From positions 1 through 64,000 of the forward strand of contig NC_058383.1 of the NCBI RefSeq assembly GCF_018350175.1: DNA of 64,000 nt, read 5' to 3'. Below the pieces are notes generated by a model, which made no database searches, was not told the origin of the DNA, and saw only the letters and a list, made by a program, of their open reading frames with translations. Numbering within the stretch: position 1 is the stretch's first letter; every line of letters starts with the position of its first letter. Of the stretch, positions 1 to 13,850 are shown piece by piece. This stretch comes from Felis catus (Eukaryota). A program made the translations under genes and the position numbers.

Positions 1-236
1 TTTATGGGTGTATTAGGAAGCCACAATCATCAGGACAGTATGGTACAGGCACAAAAACGGACACAGACATCAATGGAATGGAATAGGGAACACAGAAATG
101 GACCCTCAAACATATGGCCGAGTAATCTTTGATAATGCAGGAAAGAATATCCAATGGAAAAAAAAATAGTCTCTTCAAAAAATGGTACTGGGAAAACTGG
201 ACAGTGAGAAGAATGAACTTGGACTATGTTCATAAA

Positions 237-280
<44 letters not shown>

Positions 281-1515
281 ACCCCTCAAAATGGATGAAA
301 GATCTAAATGTAAGAAAGGAACCATCAAAATCCTAGAGGAGAAAAGAGGCAATCTACCTCCTTGATCCTGGCCACAGCAACTTCTTGCTTGTCATGTCTC
401 TGAAGCAAGGGCAATAATAACCAAAATGAACTATTGAGACATCAAGATAAAAAGCTTCTGTACAGCAGAGGACACTATCAGGAAAACTAAAAGACAACTG
501 AATGAGATGGGAGAAGATATTTGCAGGTGACATATCAGATAAAGGGTTAGTATCCAAAATCTAAAAAGAACTTATCACACTCAACACCCAAAAACCAAAT
601 AACCCATTGAAGAAATGGGCAAAAGACATGAAGAGACACATTAACAAAAATGACATCCAGAATGGTCACACATGAAAAGATGCTCAATCTCACTCGTCAT
701 CACTGAAATACAAATCAAAACCATAGTGAGATATCACCTCACACCTATCAGAATGGCTAAAATTAACATCTCAGGAAACGACAGATGTTGGCAAGGATGC
801 AGAGAAAGGGAACGGTTTTGCAATGCTGGTGGGAATGCAAAGTGGTGTAGCCACTCTGGGAAATAGTATGGAGATTCGTCAAAAAACTAAAAATAGAACT
901 ACACTAGGACCCAGCAATTGCACTACTAGGTATTTATCCAAAGGATACACTAATGCTGACTCGAAGTGGCACATGCACTCCAATGTTTATAGCAGCATTA
1001 TCAACAATAGCTAAATTATGCAAAGAGCCCAAATGACCATTGACAGATGAATGGATAAAGAAGATGTGGTATATTCATACAATGGAATGTTACTCGGCGA
1101 TCAAAAACAATGAAATCTTGCTATTTCCAACAACGTGGATGGAATCGGACATTATGCCAAGCAAAATATGTCAGAGAAAGACACATATCATATGATTTCT
1201 CTCATCTGTGGAATGTAATACAACTGATGAACATAGTGAAAGGAAAGCAAAAATAAGATACAAACAGAGAGGGATTCAAACGATCTAAGAGACTCTTAAA
1301 TACAGAGAAGAAACTCAGGGTTCCTTGAGGGTAACTGAATAGGGGTATGGGCTAAATGGGTGATAGGCATTTAGGGGGGTTACTTGAGATGAGTACTGGG
1401 TATATTTTGTACTTGATGGATCACTAAATTCTACTCCTGAGACTGTATTCCACTATAACATAACTAACTTGGGCTTAAATTTAAAAACGAAGAAATATTA
1501 AAAATAAGTAAAGAA
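1..1515 (+). mobile_element. LINE-1 3' portion (end of ORF2, 3'UTR, A-rich tail), degenerate
   Basis: ORF2 C-terminal peptides (KDSLFKKWYWENW-like, [22 protein letters not shown]); G-rich 3'UTR; A-rich tail ~1480-1515; (CA)n inserted at 239-280. Confidence 0.93.
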
Positions 1516-1560
1516 ATGTACTACCAGTGAAAAGCAAAGAATATTTAAATCGGACTCTTT

Positions 1561-1770
1561 GGGGGCACCTGGGTGGCTCAGTTTGTTGAGAGACCGAATT
1601 CGGCTCAGGTCATGATCTCATGGTTTGTGAGTGTGAACCTCGCATTGGGCACTGTGCTGACACCTCAGAGCCTGGAGCTTGCTTCTGATTCTGAGTCACC
1701 CTTTCTCTCCACCCCTCCCCCACTCGTGCTCTGTCTCTGTCTCAGAAATAAACATTAAAAAATTTTTTTT
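1561..1770 (+). mobile_element. Can-SINE (felid SINEC type)
   Basis: GGGGCACCTGGGTGGCTCAG head, (CT)n body, AATAAACATTAAAAA tail; TSD aaatc(g/a)gactct at 1547-1558 and 1771-1782. Confidence 0.95.
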
Positions 1771-2160
1771 AAATCAGACTCTGAGTGGAAATGAAAGACC
1801 AAAAGTGTTACAGACAAGAAAGGATCACAGAAAACATCAAGAAACAATGGCAAAACAATTAGTAGAATGGCACTAAATACATACCTATCAATAATTACTC
1901 TGAATGTAAATCAACTAAATGCTCCAATCAAAAGACATTGGATAGGGTGTCAGAATGGACAAAAGAAAAAAAAAAAAGAAAAGAAACAAACAAACAAACA
2001 AGACCTATCTAGATGCTGCCTACAAAGCCTTATTTGGACTTAAGTCACCCACAGATTTAAAGTGAGGGAATGAAGAAACATTTATCATGCCAATAATGTC
2101 AAAAGAAAGCCAGTAGCAATACTTACATCAGGCAAAATAAACTTTAAAACCAAGACTCTA

Positions 2161-2800
2161 TTTTGGTGCCATTTGGGTAAATACCTATTAGTGAAATTGC
2201 ATGACCCAATATTTATAGCAGCATTATCAACAGTAGCCAAACTATGGAGAAAGCCCAAGTATCCAACAACTGATGAAAGTATAAAGAAGTTGTGTGTTGT
2301 GTGTGTGTGTGTGTTGTGTATAAGTATGTATACACATATGTACATATATACATATGTGTATGTTCATACATACATACATACATATGTATATACAATGAAA
2401 TATAACTCAGCTTCAAAAAAAATGAAATCCTGCCATTTGCAATGATGTGGATGGAGCTAGAATGTGTTATGCTAAGTGAAACATGTCAATCAGAGAAAGA
2501 CAAATGTATGATTTCACTCATGTGGAATGTAAGAAACAAAACAGATGAAAACATGGGAAGGGGGCAGGAAAAGAGAAGAGTGGTAACAAACTACATGAGT
2601 CTCTTAATGTTAGAGGAAAAAACTGAAGGTTGATGGAGGGAGATGGGTCGGCACTGGGCTAGATGGGGGACGAGTATTAAGGGGAGCACTTGTTGTGATG
2701 AGCACTGGGTGTTGTATGTAAGGGATGAATCACTGAATTCTACTCCCGAATCCAAGAATGCACTGTATGTCAACTAAGACTTAAATTAAAAAAATAAATA
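2161..2800 (+). mobile_element. Nested 5'-truncated L1 with short 5' inversion
   Basis: 2205-2800 is an L1 3' end (FIAALSTVAKLW, 3'UTR, polyA); 2161-2204 is the reverse complement of upstream L1 sequence; host ORF2 resumes at ~2801 (ctgtaacaagagatgaa). Confidence 0.85.
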
Positions 2801-4092
2801 AAGCTGTAACAAGAGATGAAGATGGACACGATCTCATACTAAAGGGGACAACCAAACAAGAAGATCCAATGATTGTATATTTTGATGCACCCAACATTCA
2901 ATCACCAAGTATATAAAACATTTAACAACAACCATAAGGGAACTCATTTATAATAATATAACGATAGTAGAGGACTTTAACACATCAGTCACATCAATGG
3001 ACAGAACCTGTAAACAGAAAATCAACAAGGAAACAATGGCTTTGAATGACACACTGGACCAGACAGGTTTAACAGATATATTCAGAACACTCCATACTAA
3101 AATGGCAGAGTACACATTCTTTTAAAGTGCACATGGGGCATTCTCCAGAATTGATCGCATTCTAGGTCACAAATCAGGCTTCAAGAGGTACCCAAAGACA
3201 GAGATCACACCAAGCATCACTTCTGACTGCAAAGCTAGCAAACCTTCAAAACCTGTGGTTTTTGAAGTCAACCACAAAAAGAAGGTGGGGGGGAGGCCCC
3301 AAATAAAGGGAGGTTAAATAACATACTACTAAATGAATGGGCTAAACAGAAAATCAATGAGAAAATACATTGAAACAAATGAAAATGAAAATACACTGGT
3401 AAAACCCTTTGGAATGTGGCAAAAGTAGTCTACGATGGAAGTATATAGCAATACAAGCCTACCTTAAAGAGCAAGAAAAACCCCAAAGAACCCTAACTTA
3501 CAACTAAAGGAATGAGAAAAAGAACAGCAGAAGGAAGGAAATAATAGAGATTAATACAGAAATAAGGAATATAGGAACCAAAAAGACACTAGACCAAATA
3601 AATGAAACCAGGGGTTGGTTTTTTGAAAACAGCAATCAACATGAAAACCACCTAGGCAGACTTTTCACAAAGAAGAGAGAAAGGACTCAAATAAAATCAC
3701 AAATAAGAAAGGAGAAATTATAGTCAACACCACAAAAATACAGTTAGAATATAATATTATGAAAAACTATATGCAACAAATTGGACACTCTGAGAAAAAA
3801 AGGACAAATTTCTAGAAACACACCAACTACCAAAATTGAAACAGGAAGGTACATAAAATCTGAAAACAAAGTAATCTAAACAGTAGCAAAAAGCCCTCTC
3901 CAACACAAGAGTTCAGGGCCAGGTGGCTTCACTGATGAATTCTACCAAACATTTAAGGAAGAGGTAATATCTATTTTTCTCAAATTATTAAAAAAATAAA
4001 AAAAGAAGCAAAACTTACAAATTGATCTTATGGGGCCATCATTACCCTGATACCAGAACGAGAGAAAGCATCCACTAAAACCAAAAACTGCA

Positions 4093-4295
4093 GTGGTGCC
4101 TGCGTGGCTCAGTCGGTTTACTTTCCAACTCTTAATTTCGGATTAAGTAATTATCATGCGGTGTGTGGGTTCGAATCCTAAGTTGGACCCTGTGCTGACA
4201 GTGTGGAGCATGGCCAGGATTCTCTCTCTCCCGGTCTCTCTGCCCCTCCCTCACTTTTATGTATTCTATCTCTCCAAGTAAATAAACATTTTAAA
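4093..4295 (+). mobile_element. Can-SINE inside L1
   Basis: ggtgcctgcgtggctcagtcggtt head, CT-rich body, aaataaacatt tail. Confidence 0.9.
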
Positions 4296-5525
4296 TATGC
4301 TAAAGTTTTTTCAATAAAACTTCAGACCAATAGCCTAATGAGTATGTATACACAAATTCTCATTAAAATACCTTCAAATTAAATTCAACAGTACATTAAT
4401 AGAATCATTTACAATAATCAAGTGGGATATATTCCTGGGCTGCAAGGGTGGTTCCACATTCACAGATCAATCAACATGATGCACCACAGTAATGGAAGAA
4501 AGGATAGGAAAAATATGATGCTTTCAACAGATGCAGGAAAACCATTTGACAAAATGTCACATCCATTCATGATAAAATCCCTCAGCAAAGTACATGAGAC
4601 TCAACCTACCTGCACATAATAAAGGTCATCTAGGGAAAACCCACAGCTAATCTCATCCCCAATGGGGAAAAATTGAAAGTTTTTCCTCCAAGGTCAGGGA
4701 CAAGACAGGGATGATCCCTCTCACCACTGTTATTCCACATAGTACTGGAAGTCCTAGCCACAGCAATCAGACAACAAAAAGAAATAAGAGGCATCCAAAT
4801 CAGCAAGGAAGAAGTAGAACTTTCACTATTTGGAACTGACATGATGCTCTCTATAAGAAACATGAAAGACTCCCATAAAAATTGCTAGAATTGATATATG
4901 AATGCGACAAATCACAATATACAGAAATCAATTTACATAAATCTACTGCATTTCTATAGATGAATAATGAATTAACAGAAAGAAAAAAGGGATCAATCCC
5001 ATTGACAGGTGCACCAAATACCCCAAGATACCTGGAATAAACCTAACCAAGGAGGTGAAAGACCTGTACTCTAAAGGCTATGAAATACTGATGAAAGAAA
5101 TGGAAGAGGACACAAAGAAGTGGAAATACATTTCATGTTCACAGATAGGAAGAACAAAATACTGTTAAAAGGTCTACACTCCACAAAACAATCTACACAT
5201 GTAATGAAATCCCTATCCCACAAACAAAACATTTGTCACAGAACTAGAAGAAATAATCCCACAATTTGTATGGAATGACAAAGACCCCAAACATCAAAAA
5301 CAAAATTGTAGAAAAGCAAAGCTGGAGACATCACAATTACAGACTTTAGGTTATATTACAAAGCTGTACTGAACAGAACAGTATGGTACTGGCAAAACAA
5401 CAACAACAAAAATGCAGATGCAGAGATCAATAGAATGGAAACGCAGAAATGAACTTACACATATATGGTCAATTAATTCTCAACACAGCAGGAAAGAATA
5501 TCCAGTGGAAAAAAAAGATAGTCTA

Positions 5526-5687
5526 GGGACACACAGGTGGCTCAGTCAACAAAGCGTGTGATTGTGAATTCAGTTCAGGTCATGATATCAGGGCAGTACA
5601 GAGCATGCATGGCATTCTCTCTCTCCATTTCTCTCTGCCCCTCATCTGCACGCTCTCTCTCTCTCAAAAATAAATAAACTTAAAAAA
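5526..5687 (+). mobile_element. Can-SINE (internally deleted) inside L1
   Basis: gggacacacaggtggctcagtc head; ctctctcaaaaataaataaacttaaaaaa tail. Confidence 0.85.
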
Positions 5688-7083
5688 GTCCCCTCAACAT
5701 ATGGTTTTGGAAAAACTAGACAGCAACCTGCAAAACAAAACAAAAACAACAGACCACTTTCTTACAACATACACAAAAATAAATCCAACATGGATAGAGA
5801 CCTATGTGTGAAACCTGAAACCATAAAAATCCCAGAGGATAACATAGGCAGTATCTTATTTGACAATGGCTGTACAAACATCTTTGTAGATATATCTCTA
5901 GAGGTAAGGGAAACACAAGCAAAAGTAAGGGGACTTCTTAAAAATAAAAAGCTTCTGTCACCAAGAAAATAATCAACAAAATTAAAACACTTACAGAATG
6001 ATATTTGCAAACGACATCTGATAAAGGGTTAGTGTCCGAAACATATAAAGTTATACAGCACCCAAAAAAGGAGAAATCCGATTAACAATGGGCAGAAGAC
6101 ACGAATGGACATTTCCCAAGGAAGACATACACATGGCAAAGAGAGACATGAAAAGATGCTCAACAACACTGATCTTCAGGAAAATACAATTCAAAAGTAC
6201 AACGAGATAACACATCACATCTGTCAGAATGACTAAAATCAATGAATGTTGAAACAGCAGGTGTTGCCAGGGATGTGGGGAAAGAGAAACCCTCTTGCAC
6301 TGTGGGTAGGAATGCAAACTGGTGCAGCCAGTCTAGGAAACATCATGGAGATTCATAAAAAACAAAACAAAACAAAACAAAAACCCCAAAAACCCCTGCA
6401 AATACAATTACCTTACTATCCAGCAATTTCACTACGAGGCATTTACACAAAGAATACAAAAATAATTCTTCAAAGGGATACATGCACCCTGATGTTTACA
6501 CCAGCATTTTCTACAACAGCCAAATTACAGAAACTGCCCGAGCATCCATCAACTGATGAATAAACTGAGATGTAGTGTATGGAATGTAATATTATTTAGC
6601 CGTAAAAACATGAAATCTTGTCATTTGCCACGAGGTGGATGGAGTGAGTGAATGTTATGCTGGGTGAAATAAGCCTGTCAGAGAAAGACAAATACCAGAT
6701 GATTTCACTAACACGTGGAAATGAAACAAAATAAAGGGGCAGGGGGAAGGAGACAGTGACAAACAAACAGACTCTTAACTAGGAAACAAACTGAGGGCTT
6801 CCACAGTGAGGTGAGGGAATGGGTGAAACAGCTGCTGGGGATTAGAAGTGCACCTGGGATGAGCACCGGGTGACGTGTTGAAGTGTTGCTCTATATTGTA
6901 CACCTGAAACTAATATTACACTGTGTTTTTACTCACTGGAATTTACAGTAAAAGATAACATAAGGTTAATGAGACTTACCTACCAGGTTTTCTGTAGTTT
7001 TCAATCACTTCACTAGGTTGGAAAAATAACCATGAAATTTTTTAAAAAGCATGTATGATGTGGGGGACAGTTTGTGCCCTTAC

Positions 7084-7334
7084 CTCGGTCTCTGGTTCCA
7101 GCAGGACTTGGAAAGTGGGTCCCAGCTCATTCTTCTAGAAGGTCTTGAGATGAGCATTTCATGTATTCACATCCTAACTGAATGCAGCTCCCGTTCTTCT
7201 GAATTTCTGTCAGGGTTTCTTCCCAGAAACAAGCCTGAATCTGGAACAAACCATCGACTGCATCTATGAGGTGATGTCCTGGGACCCCACAATCCATGAG
7301 TCCTTTAGTAAAATACATCTTGTTCAGATACTGT
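7084..7334 (-). pseudogene. Candidate exon of an unidentified decayed gene
   Basis: Polypyrimidine acceptor ttcctccccttcccAG and donor GAG|GTAAGG; non-repetitive 251 nt; best frame (QYLNKMYFTKGLMDCGVPG...DLLEE*) has one stop. Confidence 0.3.
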
Positions 7335-8318
7335 CTGGGAAGGGGAGGAATAAAACATGGGGACAGCCCAGAAAATGCAAGGGCCTGTGCTGCTCAGCAA
7401 CCAGCTTTCCCAGGGAAGCCACCCAGCGCCCCCTCCTTGGCACTCAGTACAAGGCAGCTTCTCTCTGGTGACTCAGGAGATGCCAAGTTGCTGCAAAACT
7501 CCCAAGGTCTCCCCTGGGGTGGGCGGCAGAACGCGCTGGAAACGCAGCTCTGCTCTCTGTCCTGAGGCAGCGGCAGGGGACCTGTGTCCTCTGGGAGCAA
7601 CAGCAACCCTTCCTGCTCTGAAGTGCCCTGGGTCAGAAAAGCCGTTGGTGGGCCCTCTGCTGGCCATCACTGCCTGGCAGAGGAACCCGCCCCTCTGGGT
7701 GTGTGGTGCTCGAGCTCTCTCTGCTGGCCACCATGGGAATTCCTGCAATGTTGAAAGCCCTGGTGGCTCAGCTGAGGGACTGAAGGTGCTCTGGGCAACC
7801 TAAGCCTGTTCTCTACACTGGGAAGGGTCTTAGTGACAGGGCCTAGGACACAAAGAAATCTTTTCCTTCCCCCTTCTTGTGAGTGAAGAATGAAACCGAA
7901 TTTATTAACATAATGACATCATTTGTAATGCTTTAAGCAATGTTCACAAGAAAATAGACCGCCAATTTACACACACATGCTGAACAAGAGGTAATTGTGT
8001 TTACCACCGAAGTGTTTAGGTTAGATAAAGGATTGACACCTTTGAGAGAGAGATAACTGCTTCCAGCTGTGGAATGAATGAGTCCTAGGGATACAAGGGA
8101 TAGCCAATGGAATAGAGTCAGTCCTGTAATAATACTGTTGCATACTTCCACATGATATCTACACTTGTGCTTAAGTACAACATAATTTATAGACATATAG
8201 AATGACTACAATGTATGCCTGAAACTAATACAACAAATGTGTGAACAATACTTCAATTAAAAGTCGACATTCATTTATGCTATCTTTAATTTCTTCCTTC
8301 TTAATAAATTATCATTCC

Positions 8319-8533
8319 TGGGGCGCTTGGGTGGCTTAGTTAGTTAAGCATCCAACTTCCACTCAGGTCATGATCTTGCAGTCCATGAGTTTGAGCCCTG
8401 AATCAGGCTCTGTCCTGACAGCTCAGAACCTGGAGCCTGCCTCAGATTCAGTGTCTCCGGCTCTCTCCCCACCTTCGCTGTTCAGGGTCTCTCAAAAAAA
8501 CAAAGAAAGAAACATTATAAATGAAAAAAAAAA
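8319..8533 (+). mobile_element. Can-SINE
   Basis: ggggcgcttgggtggcttagt head; A tail; TSD cattcct on both sides. Confidence 0.93.
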
Positions 8534-11500
8534 AGCATTCCTAATTTAGAATCTGTGAAATTCCATTTATTGCAGAATGTCTAACATCACCATCTTGATG
8601 TTGAGAGCTTATCTAAAAAGTCACTTATATCTTTGATGACACATATGTGACAAGGTCAGAATACAACTTACAGGGAGCTACACATCTGTTATGAATTTAC
8701 TGTATGTATCCTTGGCTAATATTTCCAATGAAATGTGCTTTATGGATACAGATGGGTGAAATAATGTCCATTGGTCATATAGGTCAAATTCCTATAGGAC
8801 CATTATGCCTTCAGTTACTAATTGTCATCTCTTCAGAATTAAAAGAAAGCTGGGAGAAGAAAACGTCTTTGAATTTGATGTAAGAGAAGACGATGGTTTT
8901 AAAGGGTTCACCTACCATCTGGGATCCTCAGTTTGGCAGAGGACTGGAGGATAGCAACCCAGGATCTTGTGGGTTCCATGAACTAGCACATTGCTAGTTC
9001 CAGAGGGAGAATACGGACCTTATTGTCAAATACTTTTTATCAATATCATCAGTCCAATTCTGCCAGGTCCAGACTGCAGGACCTGGGGGCAATACAATGA
9101 CTGATGTCTCGGTTCAGAACAAGAGGAAGGCCAGCTGGTGGGGGTCAGGAGGGAAATCCAACAGGGCCTGGGGTAGTGAGGGAGATGGCTCCAGGTCACC
9201 TCCCCACAGGGAAGGCTCTGGAGTTTACCTGCCAAAGAGCAGCACACTCTCCCTCAAGACATCCCTCTCCTTGACAGAACATGAGGATGAGCCTCACAAT
9301 TGCAGGAGAAATGAGGGATACCCACCTTTTCAAATGCAATGGCTTCTGTAAAGCTTGGCCCCAGGGATGTTAGAGTCTTGGAGTCACGGAACTCTGATGC
9401 CCATGATATCAGCCATTTCTGCCCCAGCACTCAGAGCCACTTCATACATCCCCTCCCCCCTGGCCCATCTCACCCCATCCACATTCCTGGACCAGGTCTC
9501 TACTTTCCTCCTTTTACTTCCTCTTTGTCTCTATTTCTCTCTAATTCTCTCTCTGTTTCTTCCTTTCACTGTCTAGAACTTGCCCAAATCCCCTATCACT
9601 CATCCAGTGTCTCTCCCTGCCTGCCTCTTTCTCCACCTCTCCCCAGGCTTCAGGATATCTACTATGTGCATGCAGCCCTGTCAAGGAGCACAGGGCCCTC
9701 CTGTCTCTCCCTTTCTCCTGTCATGTTTTGTCCCAGGCCCCGATCACAATGGAGTAGAATCCCCTGTACAGCAGTTGCTCACGTTGACATTTGCTATAGC
9801 AATGCTGGCAGCATGTGGACAGCCAGACATTTACCCATGGTGGCCCAGCCATGATCCAAAACCTGCTGGAGAGCTGGATGCTTCCCTAAGCTGGGAGGAA
9901 AAAGGGGCTCACAGGTTCAGAGTCCCTGGGGCAAAGTGGATTGGATTGGCCGATGTAGAAGGAGCCATAGGCTTACACACAACTCTCCTGGGTGGTGTCG
10001 AAGGAATCTATCTCAGACCATAGACCTCTGCCCTCCCCATCCCTCAATAAGGCAACAGGGAAAGCTTTGTGGGACATCATGTGACTCACCACAAAAATTG
10101 TGCCATTTGCCCCCTTGGAGGCCACCTGGATTGGTGCTACTAAGGGCAGCTGGTAAAGTGCACAAGGGGACAAGAGCTGAATTAATGAAGGGCCACCTTA
10201 CTGGTCTCCTGAATCCATTCCTCGCCATCAAAATAGATTCTTTCCTGGAGACAGATACCTGCCCTGCTCATCAGCACAAACCCCACCAACTAGCATGTGC
10301 GCCGTGTGCTCATAGTATCTATCTACAGAATTAACCACCACCACCAGAGCTCCCTAAAGGACGTATCGACTCCTCAGATGGAACTATAGGTCCCTTCCAG
10401 GCAATACAACACCAAAGAATGATCTGTCTTCTTCCACCAATCCTGTACATACGATGTGTTGGTTAACTGCATATTCAGGAACACCAAAGTATACACTTGA
10501 TGGGGTTGAGTGTCGAACTTTCTGGAAGCAGACACTAACACAGAAACACAACTGTGACAAGTGTATTAGGGGACATTAGGAAGGACAAATTGGAGTGGAC
10601 AGGGTGGGCAGGGAAAGCATTCAGACCAAGGGGCAGATTAGACACCATCTCTAAATATATAATAACCACAGCTGGTTTGTAATGGTTCAGTGTCCTCTTC
10701 AAATTTCAAACGGATTGCCCTCTATGTCAAAGTGATTTTTAATTATTGCAAATGGATCTTCTGTTCTCCTCTATGCATTTGTCTTCTACAATACATCTGT
10801 GGCCTTGGATGAGCACACATTTGTGTGGCTGCATTTGTGTGTCTAACTGTAATGGAAGAGGATTATCTGCAGATCTTAGATGTAGATCCCTGAATGTACA
10901 CATTTTCATATTTATCTTTCCTTCTTTGTAAAGTAGGACCTGAATTTTAATAGAAAAAACACAGGGGTCTTTGTTGTATCTTTTGAAACAGGAATTGCCA
11001 ATCTCCCAGCCTCAGGCATTACACGCATAGTTTCATGAAATTGAATGAGAGTCTGTTTTTCAGACTTTGATTTCACTCCGTTGGTATCAACTTCATTAAG
11101 GGATAGGTGAACCTGAGCAAAACATTCTCTTTAGTGACTTCTTCCCAAGAAGAGGATCACTCAGTTGATAACATGTAAATCGAATATTCTAAGACATAAA
11201 GATTTGTTTTTCTTCAAAGCTAAAGTGTACAATAGATATCCTGCAGGAAATAGAGGCAATTTACTTCTGAAACTTCTCAAATGTTTACTAAAATAGCACC
11301 TTTCAAGTTCTTTGTAGATTTTTCCTTTCCCTGATTTGCAAGTAAGATAGAAACAAAACGTGTACTAGGCTTTCCAAACAAATACTGGACAATGTGTCAC
11401 AAAGAAGCATTGTCAATAGAACATACCCCACAGTTAGTCCCTGTATCATTAAAAACAGTCGATCCAGTTTGGGCCAAAGAGAAAAGCCAGACACATAAAG

Positions 11501-12117
11501 AAATAAATGTGAAGAGAATGGAGGAAGGTGTCATTATTTCAGAGCAACTATCTGGGTTTCAAGACAATGGATCTGTGACTGGATGACAATGAAAAAGTGA
11601 AGAAAGTGTAAAATCTTTCAAACCAAACAGCTCCAATGAATGACTTTTCTTTATGGAAGAGTAATACTGTCACCAGATCACTTTCAAAATTCTCTGAATT
11701 AAGAGGAACACAACTGTTCAACATGGTGAGAAACCTCTAGTGCTCTCTCTGGCAACACTGAATGATATAAAACTTAAGCCAGGGTCATGAAAACAAATTC
11801 TGCCTCACTCCTACCTAAAAGAGGTACTGTGGTGTTACTGCTTGAAATAGCAGTGAACAACATGGAAGGTTGAGGGGCTCAATTCACCCAATGACCAAAA
11901 GGGCTCAAATATCAAATTATGTAACTCAAGAAGCCCCGATTCTTGACATTCTGATTTCTTTCAGACAGCAACGAAGCATGTGCACTTGGAATGATGTCGT
12001 TAAAAAATTCATTAGTGCGCCCAAGTGTCTCACGGTTATTCTTCAACAAAACACATAGTCATCAGGAATACTTACTCCTTACTTTTACTTCCATTTTTAA
12101 AGGACAAAGAAGTGATT

Positions 12118-12323
12118 TTAATACTTTTTTAAATTTATTTTTTGAGAGACAGAGCGAGCGAGCAGGGGAAGGGCAGACAGAGACACAGGGAGAGAATCCC
12201 AAGCAGGCTCCCCACCATCAGCATGGAGCCTGATGCAGGGCTCAACCTCACAAACCATGAGATCATGACCCGAGCTGAAACTAAGAGTTGGATGGTTAAC
12301 CAACTGGGTCACCCAGGCGCCCC
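12118..12323 (-). mobile_element. Can-SINE
   Basis: T-rich tail then gagagacagag...cacccaggcgcccc (reverse-complement head). Confidence 0.93.
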
Positions 12324-12681
12324 AGGACAAAGAAGGGATTTTTATCCTACATCTATGTACTTCATAAGAGGGAAGGTTATTTTGCCACATGGTTTCTTGA
12401 GCATAATGTCTTTGCTCCATTGATCTACACAAATAAGTAATAAAGGATTCAGAATTCAAAAATATTAATTACACTGACATAAAAACCTATCTCTTGTGGG
12501 TAAGTCATTACATAAATAAAGGATGTGCATATGTGATGATTGCTTTGAATTTATCCTGGTAGAGAATGGAATGAAATGGGACATCAGGATAAAAAAGGAG
12601 ATTTCAAAATCAGTGAACCATAAGTGAACACAATTCCAGATGAAACAATGAAAATGAAAAAAAAGGGGGAGATGGTTTTAC

Positions 12682-12762
12682 CTGCTGTTCACAAATGGAT
12701 ATTTTTTTCTGCACGTTTTATATTTTCCTTCATGTAGTAGTTAATCTTCTCAGAAATTTGAT
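12682..12762 (-). pseudogene. Candidate 81-nt symmetric exon
   Basis: tttggttaatttAG acceptor, CAG|GTAAAA donor; phase-1 reading DQISEKINYYMKENIKRAEKNIHL*TA with one TGA. Confidence 0.3.
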
Positions 12763-12939
12763 CTAAATTAACCAAAAAGAGGAAAAAGCAATCTCTTAAG
12801 GTTATTACCAAAACCAGCAAGATCAAATTACCCATCGTGTCAACAGAAAGGCACATGATCTGGCACTTTGTTTACATATAACATTTTGGCATTACTGTGG
12901 TCCCTGTAGAAAGCAAATTTTATTTAGTGGCATTTTATT

Positions 12940-13153
12940 TTTCTTTCTCTCTTTCTCTTCTCTCTCTCTTTTTTTTTCTTTCAGAGAGAGATAACACATG
13001 AGTGGGTGAAGGGTAGGGAGAGAGAGAGAATCTTAAGCATACTTCAGACTCAGCGCAGAGTCCAAGGCAGGGCTCGATCCCATGACCCTGCAATCATTTC
13101 CTGCGCAAAATCAAAAGTCAGAGACACAACCGACTGAGCCACGCAGGTGTCCC
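12940..13153 (-). mobile_element. Can-SINE (older subfamily)
   Basis: ccgactgagccacgcaggtgtcccc end; gagagagaatcttaagca body. Confidence 0.9.
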
Positions 13154-13395
13154 CTAATATGCCATCATTAAGCAAGATTATTCTTAGAATATATGAACAG
13201 TTCAAATTTCTTTGACATCACCAGAGGAGAAATGGAGGAAAATCAAGTATCCTACATACTTATATTCTGCCTTTCATGATCGAATAAGCAAATCAGTGCA
13301 ATTACTTTAAAAACAAAAGTCAAAAAGAAAAAATAACCTACCTAATTTCTTCCAGGTTTTCCCCCACTTTCACTCACACTATAAAAATAAAGAAA

Positions 13396-13850
13396 GGGAC
13401 ACCTGGGTGGCTCTGTCAGTTGAGATCCAACTTCATTACAGGTCATCAACTTACAGCTCACCAGTTCCAGCCCATATCAGGCTCGCTGCTGTCAACACAG
13501 AGCCTGCGTCGGATCTTCTGTCCTCCTCTCCCTCTGCCCCCTCCTCACTTGCACCCTCACTCCCTCTCAAAAATAAGTAAATCTTTTAAATAAATGGATA
13601 CATAAATAAATAACAATAAAAATAACAATAACAAAAACTGTAACAAGAGAGTCAGGCTCCTGGATGTGTGATCAGTTGATTTTGTCCAGGTCATGATCTT
13701 ACAGTTGGTGAGATTGAGCCCTATGTGAGGCTCTATACTGAAAGCATGGAGGCTGCTTGAGATTCTCTCTCTCCTTCTCTCTCTGCCCCTCCACAACTCA
13801 TGCACACACACTCTCTCTCTCTCAAAATAAGTAAATAAACATTTAAACAA
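13396..13850 (+). mobile_element. Two tandem Can-SINEs (13396-13620, 13650-13850)
   Basis: Two heads (gggacacctgggtggctc; ggctcctggatgtgtgatcagttg), each followed by a CT-rich body and A-rich tail. Confidence 0.88.

Larger units (their letters stand above)
1790..6960 (+). mobile_element. Older carnivore LINE-1, nearly complete decayed ORF2 plus 3'UTR, interrupted by nested L1 and SINEs
   Basis: Endonuclease start (atggcactaaatacatacctatcaata ~1868), RT motifs ([15 protein letters not shown]-x-PLSPLLF, SLFGTDM), 3'UTR ending ~6950; many stops and frameshifts. Confidence 0.92.

Noticed and set aside
9339..10334. Coding exons or ERV integrase fragment
   Set aside because: Only a faint KVDWIG resemblance; no further motif support
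11113..11330. Pair of small minus-strand exons
   Set aside because: The implied intron is only 59 nt and the donors are weak
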